Of a stretch of 64,000 bases of DNA, positions 37,331 through 49,405 are shown piece after piece (position 1 is the first letter of the stretch; every line of letters begins with the position of its first letter). The stretch comes from Scyliorhinus canicula (lineage: Eukaryota), in NCBI RefSeq assembly GCF_902713615.1, contig NC_052176.1, forward strand, positions 2,418,001-2,482,000, given 5' to 3'. Position numbers and translations under genes: made by a program. Below the pieces are notes generated by a model that was not told where the DNA came from, did no database searches, and saw nothing but the letters and a program-made list of their open reading frames with translations.

Positions 37331-37574
37331 GCAGCAAGCCCCCGCAAGCAGCAGAGTGGCAATGGACAGATTTTACCATTGTGATGCAGACTGAGCCATA
37401 AATATTGTCCGGTGCATCAGCGACAGCATCCCTAACCATCTTTTGAAATAGTGCTGGAGGATCTTTTTAGATCTGGTTCAGAGTGCAGATAGGGCTTCAT
37501 GGTGGCGCAGTAGTTAGCACCGCTGCCTCACAGCGCCAGGGACCCAGGTCCAGTTCTTGTCTTGGGTGACTCTG

Positions 37575-37750
37575 GAGTAAGACGTTTCACAACACCAAGT
37601 TAAAGACCAACAGGTTTATTTGATATTACAAGCTTTCAGAGCGCTGCTCCTTCATCAGGCGAAGTGGAGGCAGGTTCAGAAACACAGTTTATATAGGTAA
37701 AGGCACAATTGCAAGATAATTACAGATGTGAAGAATGGTTGGAAGATGTG
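37575..37750 (-). mobile_element. Penelope-like terminal fragment with a minimal hammerhead motif, nested in a SINE (37492-38000)
   Basis: Minus strand reads CTGATGA-AGGAGCAGCGCTCT-GAAAGCTT, then AATAAA and GGTGTTGTGA. Confidence 0.65.
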
Positions 37751-38594
37751 TGGAGTTAGCAGGTTCTCCCTACGTCAATGCATATTTCCTCCGGGTGCTA
37801 CGGTTTCCTGCCACAGTCCAAAGATGTGCAGGGTAGGTGGATTGGCCATGATAAAATTGCCCCTTAGTCTCCAGGGGTGTGTAGTTTGGGTAGGGTTGCG
37901 GGGTTAGGCTGGGGTAGTGGGTCTAGGTAGGGTGTTCTTTCGGAGGATCAGTGCAGACTCAATGGGTCGAATGGCCTCTGACTGCGCTGTAGGGATTCTC
38001 TGGTTCACTTGTCTGTGGGCTGGGACTTCAACGAGCGACTTCCTGGCTGCGATGGGTGAGGCAGAATTCTTTTTGTTTCTGGATAAATCACCAAATCTTT
38101 AGTGGCAGAGAGTTGGTACCATTCCAATGTGTTCGATCGAAGCCCAAAACATATGGGACCGGACAGAACTTGTGCATGCAAAAAAAAAACTCTCATCAGA
38201 AGTGTGCTAAAGTGGATCATACAGCAGAATTGTTTTGTACGTGTCCGCAGTCTTTTTAAAATTTTTAAACCACCGTTCGATGCCAAACTCGATTCCTGCC
38301 CGTCGTGTACAAAACCAGATGACTGATTTCCCTGGTGCCGATTCTACTTGAGCTCCTGGGGTTTGTGAATTCTGACTGGCTTGAAAGCTGTTTGACCCTC
38401 GGAAGCCTATTACCATGAGCAAACGAGCAGAATGTGAAAGAGGGAGTGAGACCGTACTCTATTATCAGCCTGCTCTGGAATGACTTTCCACTGCCGATAT
38501 CGCCCCGCTTTCTGTGCCACTTCTGGTTTTTGTGAACGGGGTTTTTGCTTTTCTCCTAGGCCTGATTGTCGATCGATGTCGTGTCCCAGCGATC

Positions 38595-38756
38595 ATGAGT
38601 TGGGCACCGGAGGAATGGAAATCCGAGCTACCCAGCAGAGCCCTGCAGAAGATCTCCGAGTACGAGAGCCAGCTGGAGAAACTGAAGAAAGAGCGGCACC
38701 AGAAGCAGCTTCAACTGGATAGTTTAGAAGTCACGTTCCAGAAACAGAACCACAAG
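38595..38756 (+). CDS. CENPF-like: CENP-F-like exon 2, start of CDS (MSWAPEEWKSELPSRALQKISEYESQLEKLKKERHQKQLQLDSLEVTFQKQNHK); exon begins at 38560
   Basis: Matches the CENP-F N-terminus MSWALEEWKEGLPTRALQKIQELEGQLDKLKKE. ctcctag| acceptor and AAG|gtgatt donor. Confidence 0.95.
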
Positions 38757-39690
38757 GTGATTTTTTTTTCTCTCTTCCCCCCCCCCCCCCCCCCCCCCCT
38801 TCGCTCCGTCTCACGGCCCTTAGTTTTCAGCGGGCTGTTGTCGGGTGCGAGGGAAAGTGAGAATCGTGATGAGCCAGGTCCATCGGTTCACCTTCCTTCT
38901 ACCGTCCCGCTCGTTGAGTGACACAGCAATAATGGAGTGTAGCATTTTTTTTAACGGTTCAGGCAGTGAATGATGGGAATTAGAAATGTGTCACCTCTCG
39001 CATGAATCACCAATGGGGATTTACGCCAATAGCATCCATCCAACGTGATTGAGATGTGTGACGGTGAGGGCAAAGACGTGGGAAGGAAAAAGAGGTTCTC
39101 TTATCCCCCCCCCAAGAGCATTAGCCTGGGACCTCTGAATCACTAGTCCAGTGACATTGCCTCTTCCCCACCATCTCCCCTAAAATACACCCTGTTCTGT
39201 GTATGTCACTGCATTTGGGAATTAGGTGAAGTTAAACGGCGTTTACATGGATCCTTGCGTTTGTGTAACGCCTCTAACAGCTTGACATTTCACATCTCAA
39301 TCAGGCTAAAGTTAATTTTAGCGAGATTATGCGAATGTACGGATTCGGCACAGGAATAGGACACTCTGCTCCACGATTCAATATGGTCATGGCTGACCGA
39401 TTGTAACCTCCCGCTTACCCCCGGTAACCTTTCAACCTCTTCTTTTATCAAAGAATCTTATCTACCGCCACCGTAAAAATAATCAAAGACTTTGCTTCCA
39501 TTGACTTTTGAGAGGCTAAATATTCCCCTCAGCTATGTCCTGAATGGACGAGCCTCCTTATTTTTGAGTAGTGACACCCCAATTTTAGTTATTACTGCAT
39601 ATGCACCCTGAGTGGCGTTCGCCTGCTCTCCTGAGTGCATCACCTGCAACCTGCTGCTGATTTTATTATGCCACTTGTGTTATTTCTAAG

Positions 39691-39887
39691 CTCGAGGGCG
39701 AACGCAGCGAGAATGCAGCCTTGAGGAGAGAGACGCAGGGCCTGACGGAGGCCCGCAACAGCCAGGAGAAGGCGCAGCAGAGGCTGTGCCACGAGATCCA
39801 GGTGAAGGAGGCCCTGGTTTGCAGCCTGGAGGGGCAGCTGCTGGCCACCAAGAAACAGATCGACGGCCTGGAGCAGGAACTAAAGAG
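39691..39887 (+). CDS. CENPF-like: CENP-F-like exon 3 (LEGERSENAALRRE...HEIQVKEALVCSLEGQL...LEQELKR)
   Basis: tctaag| acceptor and GAG|gtacca donor; 197 nt. Contains the CENP-F N-domain motif HELQVKE...LEGQL...LEQELKR. Confidence 0.93.
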
Positions 39888-40601
39888 GTACCATCTCGGC
39901 GTGTACTAGGGTGGCCACCGAGTGGCACAAAAATTGGATGAGGTGGGCAAGGTTGGGGGTGGGAAGGGGAGCCTCCACGTGTGAATGTGGGCGATGTGAA
40001 TGTTGGCCTTTAAATGGTGTGCAGACGTCTGTACCATTATTTAATGCAGCAGTAAGTCAGGTGAGTGGAGATGGAGTGTGCGCAGTATTTCTTGCCTGGG
40101 GCTCAGCTGTTGATTTGTAATTGTTCTGGTGACACGAGAATATTTAGTCGAGGATGAGAAATTGAAAACATCTTGACCTTCGATCTCACTATCTCTCTCT
40201 CTCGCTGTTGCGATTTATCTTGCGTTTCCTGCTGCAGCTACTATAGGCGCTACTCTGTGCAGTTTTGGCTTTTGTTCTGTCGCAACTGCGGGACCCGTCT
40301 GCTCCCGATTACTCTTAACTCATTCATTGCCGGGTCTGCAGAAACTGTTGGGCTCCTCTCCTCTCTCTCAGCCTCTTCTTCCTGCTTTTAAAGCTGCCAG
40401 GGACCGGTGTCCCCTCATTGCATCGGTTTCTTCTTTTCCCCCTTCACCTCTGCTCTGTCCAACCTCGGTGGTGTGCCCCTTGCACCCACCGGCTGCACTC
40501 CTTCATCCCGGTCTCTCAATATTAGTAATTTTAAGGTTGTTTGTTTTTTTTTAAACGGGAAAGGCGTCTTAACACACAGTAAAACCGTGGAATGATTTCA
40601 G

Positions 40602-40717
40602 GCTGGAAGCTGAGCTTGAGCGGAGTCGAAGATCCTCAACCCCTACAGAATGCCAGTTCCACCTTACTCCGGCTAAGACCTACCCTGGGTGTACCACGCT
40701 CAGCAGTGCAAATGAGG
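40602..40717 (+). CDS. CENPF-like: CENP-F-like exon 4 (LEAELERSRRSSTPTECQFHLTPAKTYPG...)
   Basis: tttcag| acceptor and G|gtaagt donor; phases 2 to 1 fit both neighbours. ELERS and TP motifs present. Confidence 0.88.
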
Positions 40718-41520
40718 GTAAGTTTTAACAGCTGAAGACCGGCGAACCTGTGTGGGGCATTTTATTTTTAAGCTTCTGCTGTGATCTTGAGACATCCGGT
40801 TACCCCGGCGGCCGGGACGTCATCTTTCCGAAGGGGACTGTCCGAAGAGAGAGGTTTCCAGGATTGCGTGAGGGGCGAAGCGCACGCTCTTCGCCGTCCC
40901 AAAATTGTGCTTCAACTCTGACCTTACCTGGTTCATTGAGCCAAAGTTCTCCTCGTGTTAGTTCTTCGAAATTTCACACTCGTGTCATTTCTATGGATCT
41001 GACCCAACCCCACCTCTTGTAGGATGACTGCTTCCAGGGGACAGAGAAGACAATCCTTCCATCAGCTGCAACGGGATTCAGATCCCTTTTCAAGCCCTGG
41101 GTTGGCGAGAAAAAATTTGTTGTAATTGTAACTTTATAAATCCCCTTTATCCAATCCTCATAAGCACCAGATGAGCTAAAACCAACTTTGTCTTTAAGCC
41201 AATGGGTAAGGAGTACCACGCGCTCCTTCACAGGGTGGCCTATATATATGTCAAGGGGTTAAAAGTTTCCATCTGGCAGACATTAGAGAGATAGGGAGTG
41301 TTGATGGGGCAGGAGGAGGTTACGCAGGTAGGGAGGGATGTAGGGGCTGGAGGAGGTTACAGAGATGGGGGGGGGTTGAAGGGGCTGGGGTGGTTACAGA
41401 GATAGGGTTGTAGGGGCTGGACGAGGTTACAGAGATAGGGAGGGTTGTAGGGGAGGGAGGAGGTTACAGAGATAGGGAAGGGTGTAGGTGCTGGAGGAGG
41501 TTACTGAGATAAGGAGGGAT

Positions 41521-42603
41521 ACATAGAACAGTACAGCACAGAACAGGCCCTTAGGCCCTCGATGTTGTGCTGAGCATTGTCCGAAACCAAGATCAAGCTA
41601 TCCCACTCCCTGTCATTCTGGTGTGCTCCATGTGCCTATCCAATAACCGCTTGAAAGTTATTTAAGTGTCCCGACTCCACTATCACAGCAGGCAGTCCAT
41701 TCCACACCCTAACCACTCTGAGTAAAGAACCTACCTCGGACATCCCTCCTATGTCTCCCACCCTGAACCTTATACTTATGCCCCCTTGTAACAGCTACAT
41801 CCACCCGAGGAAATAGTCTCTGAGCGTCCACTCTAACTATCCCCCTCATCATCTTATAAACCTCTATTAAGTCGCCTCTCATCCTCCTCTGCTCCAAAGA
41901 GAAAAGCCCTAGCTCCCTCAACCTTTCCTCATAAGACCTATCCTGCAAACCAGGTAGCATCCTGGTAAATCTCCTTTGCACCCTTTCCAATGCTTCCACA
42001 TCCTTCCTATAGTGAGGTGACCAGTACTGCACACAATACTCCAAATGTGGTCTCACCAGGGTCATGTACAGTCGCAGCATAACCCCGCGGCTCTTAAACT
42101 CAAGCCCCCTGTTAATAAACGCTAACACACTATAGGCCTTCTTCACGGCTCTATCCACTTGAGTGGCAACCTTCAGAAACCTGTGGACATGAACCCCAAC
42201 ATCTCTCTGTTCCTCCACATTCCTCAGAACTCTGCCGTTGACCCTGTAAGCCGCATTCAAATTTTTTTCCCAAAATGAATCACCTCGCACTTATCAGGGT
42301 TAAACTCCATCTGCCATTTTGCGACCCAGCTCTGCATCCTATCAATGTCTCTTTGCAGCCTACAACAGCCCTCCACCTCATCCACTACTCCACCAATCTT
42401 GGTGTCATCAGCAAATTTACTGACTCACCCTTCAGCCCCCTCCTCCAAATCATTGATAAAAATCACAAATAGCAGAGGACCCAGCACTGACCCCTGTGGT
42501 ACACCGCTGGTAACTGGTCTCCAGTCTGAGCATTTTCCATCCACCACCACCCTCTGTCTTCTATGTGATAGCCAGTTACTTATCCAATTGGCCAAATTTC
42601 CCT
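41521..42603 (-). mobile_element. CR1 LINE 3' ~1.1 kb
   Basis: [21 protein letters not shown] (ORF 42425-42637) and LVRPHLEYCVQYWSPH (ORF 41709-42290). Confidence 0.92.
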
Positions 42604-43631
42604 CTAATTTGTAGGGGCTGGAGTCAGTCGGTGACACAGATAGGGAGGAGTGAGGCTATGAACGGCTTGCAAAACCAAGAAGAGAACCTCAAAATCAGGG
42701 CATTACTGGACACGAAAGCAATGTAGCGAGCAGAGGGGTGATTTCTACATGTTGGGTTCAGTACGGAGTGAGGACCAAGAGTTTTAAAACCCCGGAGAGG
42801 GCAAGAGGACATTTCTGCTTGGTACTCCTCGATTTGCCCGAGTCGAGGCGGTGGTTCTCTTGTCTTCTTTCCAACTCCCCAATGACTCCAAAAATCAGAA
42901 TTCAAAATCCTAGCCCCAACTCTGCAACCTTTGACTTGCTGTCTCGGTGTGCAGACAAAGAAAAAAAAAATAACCTGGTACAGTGGGTTAAACATACACT
43001 CTGGCTGCTCATTATACCTTTTAACCCACACCCTGGCTGTTGAGAAATGCAAGATGTGGTGTGTTAACCAGGAACTTTAGCTTTGTAGAAAATGCTGGGA
43101 GTGTCCAGCAGGTGTGGAGGCTGAGTTGTATGTTTATGAGGCAAAAGGGCTGCTTTCCCTCCTAAAGCTTTCTTTCCACTTTCTTTATGAAGATGCCGTT
43201 TTGATTTTGTTTCTGGCAGACCAGTGTGCTGCTGTGGTACCTCTTGGTGTTTGAACCGCTGAATCAGCTTTCCCACCTCAACAGCAGACTGTCTTAACAG
43301 CCCCTGGAAGAACTGACTCTTTGAGTCCCTGCCCCTGACAGGGGTGGGAGAGCTGGAATTACCGGTGTGAATGTCGGGCTGGCTTCAGATTTAGTTCAAA
43401 GATAATTCACTGACTCGAGATATGGGTGCTGCTGTCTTGAAGGCGCTCTCACTGTGCCGCATGGGTAGGGAGCCTGCTAGGGTTTTGCCCCAGCGGCAAC
43501 GGCTGGCATTTCCGTGCTCCTGCGTGTCTTGCCCTTACGTGCACGTGCTGGATGTTGCGGGGTTTCAGGCTGCGGTTCCCAAAATGCCGCTGCAAATTGT
43601 GATGTTTGCCACTCCGTTTTCTGATCTGTAG

Positions 43632-43723
43632 GTTCGAAATGGGACGAGCTGCAAGAAAGGTACAACCGGGAGGTGGAGGAGAAGAAGAGACTAGCCTCTG
43701 AAGTGAAAACTCTGAAGCTGCAG
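43632..43723 (+). CDS. CENPF-like: CENP-F-like exon 5 (GSKWDELQERYNREVEEKKRLASEVKTLKLQ)
   Basis: ctgtag| acceptor and CAG|gtctgt donor. Matches CENP-F SKYEDLKEKYNKEVEERKRLEAEVK. Confidence 0.92.
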
Positions 43724-44064
43724 GTCTGTATGATCTGGAGGTGGGGTGGCATTGTTATCTAATATAGCATTCGGTTCTCGTGCTGACAAGACCATAAGTG
43801 AGAAATTGCAGACGGTATCTATTAATCCCCCGTTATGTCGAGTTTCATTTCAGTTCCCCTGTACTGAGAAAGCAGGTCAGAAATTTCAGAGATGTGAGGG
43901 AGGTTCACCGATGCTGTTCCCGCTTTTCCTTCCCTGTTTGAGGAATGGTTTTCATTCATGTCCACTGTCTACTCTTCAGACCCCCTTCCCCTGCCCCCAC
44001 CCCCCGCCCAATCAGTTTCTCTGCTCCTTACGTCTGCGGGTGCTGCATCTTCTTCAGCACCTTG

Positions 44065-44717
44065 TGTTATGGGCCAGGGTGTAGAAAACTCCAAAGTATA
44101 TCATGGAGTTCACCTGACCTACAACTGTTTATTAATTTTGATTACGAGGAGCTCAAGGGCCTGCCTTTCAGGTGTTATTCAACAGAGGCCTTAAGCACTT
44201 TTACTCAAAAAAGTTTATTCTACAAGTTTAGTTGACATTTTTATGAAAACAAACACAGGCATTTTTATCAACTACCAGCATAAATGTCCCACACAGCTAC
44301 AGTACTCTATATATAACCCGTAATAAATTTCCCCCTTAAACTGTTCCAATTTAATAACAAGATCCCATAAACCAGAAAACTCTTTTCATAGGTGTGGCCC
44401 AGCGCACAGCATTCAGGACCTGGTTTACGGCAGGTTTGAATTCCTTCCAGAAAGCAATTGTTTCTTTTAAGATATCAAGTAGTCTGGAAACAGCTTTCAA
44501 ACTGAAGGTAGCGGGACACTCCACACTACTTGTCTGTCTGAATACAGCAGCCAAGTGTGAAAACGAAAGCAAAATACTCAGAGCCACAAAACAGCCCCAA
44601 ACCCAAAGCGAAAGCAAAACCAACTCCCAGAGCCACAGCCCAGCTGCACCCACACAATGACATCACTGAAGCCATGTGATAAGAGGAAACATTTCTTAAA
44701 GGGACACTGCCGTGACA
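44065..44717 (-). mobile_element. Solo LTR, same family as 888-1574
   Basis: Shares TGTTATGGGCCAGGGT...TCATGGAGTTCACCTGACC...GACA. Confidence 0.75.
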
Positions 44718-45024
44718 CAGTTTTGTGTGTGCATTTGGGTTTGGTGAGTTTAAAAGTTGAGGCTGATCCTCACTCGTAATTCATGCATAGAAATTGGCCG
44801 AGGAAATTTTGTCCCTGACGAGGACACGATGCTGCTTGGCTATGATGCATTCCACAGTGGAATAACCAGTCAACACCCATTGTGGAGACTGGGAAATTTA
44901 CGGCAGGGCTACTATTGCCGTGAGCCCCTCAAGTCAGCACCTTCAGGCTGGGGTAGAGAAGGTTCTCTCGGTCTCCTGTTGCAGCAGAAAGCATGGTTGT
45001 TCACTGAATGTTCTTTGGCCTAAG

Positions 45025-45336
45025 GTTCAACAGTTGCAATTCAGCAGCAACAAGAGCCACCGCGAAAGTGCTCCGCAGCAGATTCGAGCCTCCACGCTTT
45101 CCTGGCAGCCGGAGAAATCGCCCACCCGTGTGCCTGAGAGTCCCGGTGGGCGAGGGCCGCCTTCCTCCGTATTCCCGTGGGAGCCGCCGCGGACGCCTCC
45201 ATACTGCAATTCCAAAAGCCCGCAGCAGACTGACAACAAACCAATCACCTTGGATCGGAGTCCAGGAGCGGCCAACCCGGTCAGCGCCAGGAGCCTGGAA
45301 ATTCGCAACTGCAGGAATTGAGGGACGAAAACCGAG
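45025..45336 (+). CDS. CENPF-like: CENP-F-like exon 6 (VQQLQFSSNKSHRESAPQQIRASTLSWQPEKSP...QELRDENR), with an apparent 1-nt frameshift
   Basis: cctaag| acceptor and GAG|gtatgt donor. The 5' frame gives the HRxxAxxQ..SWQxEKxP motif but stops at TGA 45319. The 3' end QELRDENR is in another frame. Length is 312 nt but 3n+1 is needed. Confidence 0.8.
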
Positions 45337-45829
45337 GTATGTGTGACGCTCCCCTGTTTTATTGCGTTGTCATTTTGATTTCCACTGTCCTCTTCACCTT
45401 GCAGGTTCTGCCCACGTTCCTGCTCAGGCAGTCGGGGGAGGCATCCATAACCTGCGAGGTGCAGCAAGAGATTCCGAGATGGTAGAAACCTGGCACCCAG
45501 AAGGGGCTCAGCCCCGCAGTTTAAAAGCAGAATGTTCTGGAAAACACTTAGCAGGCCTGGCAGCATTGACGGAGAGGGAAAAAAAACGGATTAACGCTGA
45601 CAGTGCAGGTTATGGATACCTTTCCCTGAGGAAGTTGGACATCTATTGGTTTAGAAGCGAGTTCAGAACCCGGTGTGTGTATTGCCATATTTGTGTGAAG
45701 CTGGAGTTGAGAGAATTCATACGATACTTTGCAGAGATGCGGATTGAAGTAAAAGACGGAAGCTGAGTAAATATTGGTTGTCTTAAATTTGGGTGTGCTG
45801 AACATAATGCTTTGACGAAAACAAAGGTA

Positions 45830-46940
45830 TGATAAGCCAAAAGGCATTCGATAAGGTGCCACGATAAGGTCAACAGGCAAGATAAAGGCTCATGGAGCAA
45901 CATGCTAGCGGATTAATTAGCGCGCAGTAAGCAAAGGGTAGGCATAAATGGTGCATTTTCAAGTTGGCAGGCGTTGAACCGTGGAGCGCTGTGAGGATCA
46001 CCGCCCGGGCCTTGGCTGTTTACAAACTATATTGGTGACTTAGATGAAGAGAGCAAGATTAATGTATCTTGCATTTACTGATGATACAGAACTAGATGGA
46101 CAGATGAGCTCGAGGGAAGACACAGAGACGGGTTAAGTGAGTGAGCCGCAAGATGGCAGGTGGAGTATCATGTGGGGAACGTGCAAAGTTATTCATTAGG
46201 GTTGTAAGAAAAGCAGATTTTAAAAGGTGCGAAACTTGCAAGTGATGTTCAGGGAGACTTGGGTGAGCTCGTCCAAGGAATGCAGCCTTAGCATAATGGG
46301 CACACAAGCCAAATAGGAAGGCGAGCGGCAAGTGGGCCTTTATTGCAAGGGGATTGGCGGAGAGGAATGAAGAGGTCTTGCCACAGTTGTACAGGTGTTT
46401 TGGTGAGACCACATCTGGAATACTGGCCGCAGCTTTGGTCTCCACACCTTAAGAATCGGGAGCGGCAGGGCGAAGGTTCAGAGGGTTGGTCCCTGGGTGA
46501 GTGCCTTGTCCTACGATGAGAGGCGGTGTAAATTGGCCCTATATTCTCTGGGAGAAGAATAAGAGGCGATGTGATGTCCTCAATGTACAAGATTCCAAAA
46601 GAGGCTTGACCAGGGTGGATACTGAGAGGTTGTTTTCTCTGGCTGAGGAATCTAGAACTGGGGCACACCCGGAAATGGGGGGGGGGGGGGGGGTCTAATT
46701 TAGGGCCGAGAGGAGGATTTCTTCTGTCGTTTGTGAATCTTTGGAATGCTCTCCTCCAGAGAGTGATGGGTGCTCCATTGGTGAATATATTTAAGGCCAA
46801 GATGGACAGATTGTTGCCCTCAGCGAATCGAGGGATATGGGGGGCAGGTGGGAAAGTGAAGTTGAAGCCCAGGGGCAGCCACATAAGCACTGAGTAGCGA
46901 AGCTGGCTCGACGGCCTGCATGGCCGTCTCCTGCTCCAGT
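45830..46940 (+). mobile_element. Degraded CR1 LINE
   Basis: KAFDKVP remnant at ~45840, LVRPHLEY-like at ~46400, CR1-type 3' UTR. Confidence 0.75.
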
Positions 46941-47125
46941 CTGTCATCTGGTGAAGTTTAAGTTAATTTTTCTTGGAATGTGAAAATAGAGTGCAGGTAG
47001 GTTTCAGATGATGCACAATCTCTTCTACAGAGCCCTTGTTGTTTTGCAGTGTGAAAGACCTTACCGAGTGTGATATATTATTTTTTTAAATGTTTTTACT
47101 TTGCCTTCTCTCTCAATTGTTCCAG

Positions 47126-47328
47126 TGCTGCAGTGTACGATGTCCGAGCTGGAGGTCTGGGTTCAGTCGCAGGAGAAAGAGATTAAAAATCACCTGAACA
47201 AGCTGCAGGAAGTGCAGTCGCTGCTGGAGAAATCCAAAGCAGAGCTGGCGATGAAAGAGCAAGCTCTGAGTAAGAGCAGGGATAACCTAACCAAAGCAAC
47301 AGTGCAGCAGGAGCAGACCAGGAACAAG
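47126..47328 (+). CDS. CENPF-like: CENP-F-like exon 7 (VLQCTMSELEVWVQSQEKEIKNHLNKLQEVQSLLEKSKAEL...)
   Basis: ttccag| acceptor and AAG|gtttgg donor. Coiled coil resembling CENP-F ELELRLQGHEKEMKGQVNKFQELQ. Confidence 0.92.
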
Positions 47329-47767
47329 GTTTGGACCCCACCCCCATTCCCATGATCTCTGAGCACAATCCCGTTTGTATAAAGCACAAGGGGGCTGGTG
47401 CGAATGGGTGATTTACAGCATTAAATACTGGGCTTCAATCTCTGGGATCTCTATTCAACGCCAGTTTATATATTCAATGGGATAAAAATCTTCCCTCCCT
47501 GTCCCCTCCATTTGTTGCTGCAGGAATTATTTACAAAATGAGCTTGGCACAGCCTCGACGCAGTTATTTGTGATGGTGGAGACTCGCGTCAGCTGTTGGC
47601 GATCTCTGTAGGCGAAGCCACCGGAAAAGTAATTGCAAAGTGTTGTGCGGTTACAGTAGGGGAGACTCTTTGGACGTTGGGGCTTTATTTTGGTAAAGCA
47701 GAAGGAATTGCACTCTGCGTGTGGTTTGTGCTCTGTCTCATTCAACTGAAGATCTTTGATGTGACAG

Positions 47768-48302
47768 AATAGAGGGAGCTTTATTCTGTATCTAACCCTG
47801 TGCTGTACCTGTCCTGGGAGTGTTTGATGGGGATAGTGTAGAGGGAGCTTTATTCTGTATCTAACCCGTGCTGTACCTGTCCTGGGAGTGTTTGATGGGG
47901 ACAGTGTAGAGGGGGCTTTACTCTGTATCTAACCCCGTGCTGTACCTGTGCTGGGAGTGTTTGATGGGGACAGTGTAGAGGGAGCTTTACTCTGTATCTA
48001 ACCCCGTGCTGTACCTGTCCTGGGAGTGTTTGATGGGGACAGTGTAGAGGGAGCTTTACTCTGTATCTAACCCCGTGCTGTACCTGTCCTGGGAGTGTTT
48101 GATGGAGACTGTGCAGAGGGAGCTTTACTCTGTATTTAACCCCGTGCTGTACCTGTCCTGGGAATGTTTGATGGGGACAGTGTAGAGGGAGCTTTACTCT
48201 GTATCTAACCCCGTGCTGTACCTGTCCTGGGAGTGTTTGATGGGGACAGTGTAGAGGGAGCTTTACTCTGTATCTAACCCCGTGCTGTACCTGTCCTGGG
48301 AG
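47768..48302 (+). repeat. 69-bp satellite array (~7.7 units) AGAGGGAGCTTTACTCTGTATCTAACCCCGTGCTGTACCTGTCCTGGGAGTGTTTGATGGGGACAGTGT
   Basis: Visible tandem; gives the 23-aa periodic ORF 47850-48305. Confidence 0.95.
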
Positions 48303-48376
48303 CATTATTATTAAAAATTATGTTCTGATATGACAAATATCGGGTTCTGATGTTCGTGATTTATTTTTATTGCTAG

Positions 48377-48502
48377 TGTTCACTTCTGGAGCAGAAGCTG
48401 AAGCAGGTTTCCGAGGACCTGAACTGTCAAAGGCAGAATGCAGAAAGTGTCCGACGCCTGATGGAGCAAAAGTCTAAGGAAAAGGAGAAAGAATACCAGC
48501 AG
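48377..48502 (+). CDS. CENPF-like: CENP-F-like exon 8 (CSLLEQKLKQVSEDLNCQRQNAESVRRLMEQKSKEKEKEYQQ)
   Basis: tgctag| acceptor and CAG|gttagg donor. Contains the LEQKLK..EDLxCQRQNAES motif. Confidence 0.95.
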
Positions 48503-48909
48503 GTTAGGGTGGTGGTGGGGGGGTCACTAGCACAAATGCATTCACTAATCCTTCCATTGCTGATCACACTCCTGCAGTGCACTGCAATTGTCACCACTTT
48601 GCGAGCTCTTCATTTCGCTCAAGTGTATCCATTTTAAGTTGAGAGCCAGTGCCGCCTCACTCGGGTTCAGGAGCTGGCTCCCGGACTGCAATTGGGTTTT
48701 TTCACAACGGAATGGACTCCGTAATACACGGCCTGTGGGGACGTGTACTCTGGACTGCTGTCAGAAGTGTGGTAAATGCATTATCAATGCTGGCAGCTTG
48801 CCCGCTCGGGTGACCCGCACCCAGGAGGCTGGAGTTTGCCTCCTGTGATAGGGTGCACCTTTTATGCGTCACACCAATTCTATTGCTTGGTGTTTTCATT
48901 TGTGGTGAA

Positions 48910-49197
48910 TGTAATATATATATGATATGATAATTCACACTGTCTTTGTAAGCGCAGTAGCGCTATCCTATCACTAGGGGGAGTAGCTCTGGGAGTACTC
49001 AGGAACTTGTACTGGGCTCCACCCTTGGCTCCGCCCACGACTCCTCCCTGTAGTGCAGCTGTATAAATACCCTTGCCCAGAGTCAGCCTGAGTTCACTAA
49101 GAGTTCATCAACGGGTAACAGGCTGGCTCTGAAGTAAGTCGATTAAAGCCTAGATTCATATCGGAAACACGTGTCTGGTGAACTGATGGTTCCATCA
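48910..49197 (+). mobile_element. Small solo LTR
   Basis: TGTAAT...CCATCA termini, TATAAA at ~49063, ATTAAA at ~49142. Confidence 0.6.
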
Positions 49198-49276
49198 GTG
49201 TTAATTGCAGAAATGTTAACAGGCGAATGACCATGCAAAGGTGTCTTTGTGGTTTTCTCCCTCGCTGATTTTGTAG

Positions 49277-49405
49277 GACCTGTCGGACCAGCAACGTGCG
49301 TACCGGAACCTGGAACATCAGTGCAAGCAAGAGAAAAACCAACTAAACCAGGAGATCCAGAAGCTCAAGTCTGAACACCTGGCGTTGCAGTCTGCAGTCG
49401 ACAAA
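49277..49405 (+). CDS. CENPF-like: CENP-F-like exon 9 (DLSDQQRAYRNLEHQCKQEKNQLNQEIQKLKSEHLALQSAVDK)
   Basis: ttgtag| acceptor and AAA|gtaagt donor; 129 nt in frame. Confidence 0.92.

Noticed and set aside
47850-48305. 23-aa repeat protein HQTLPGQVQHGVRYRVKLPLHCP
   Set aside because: Translation of an intronic 69-bp satellite; no coding evidence.
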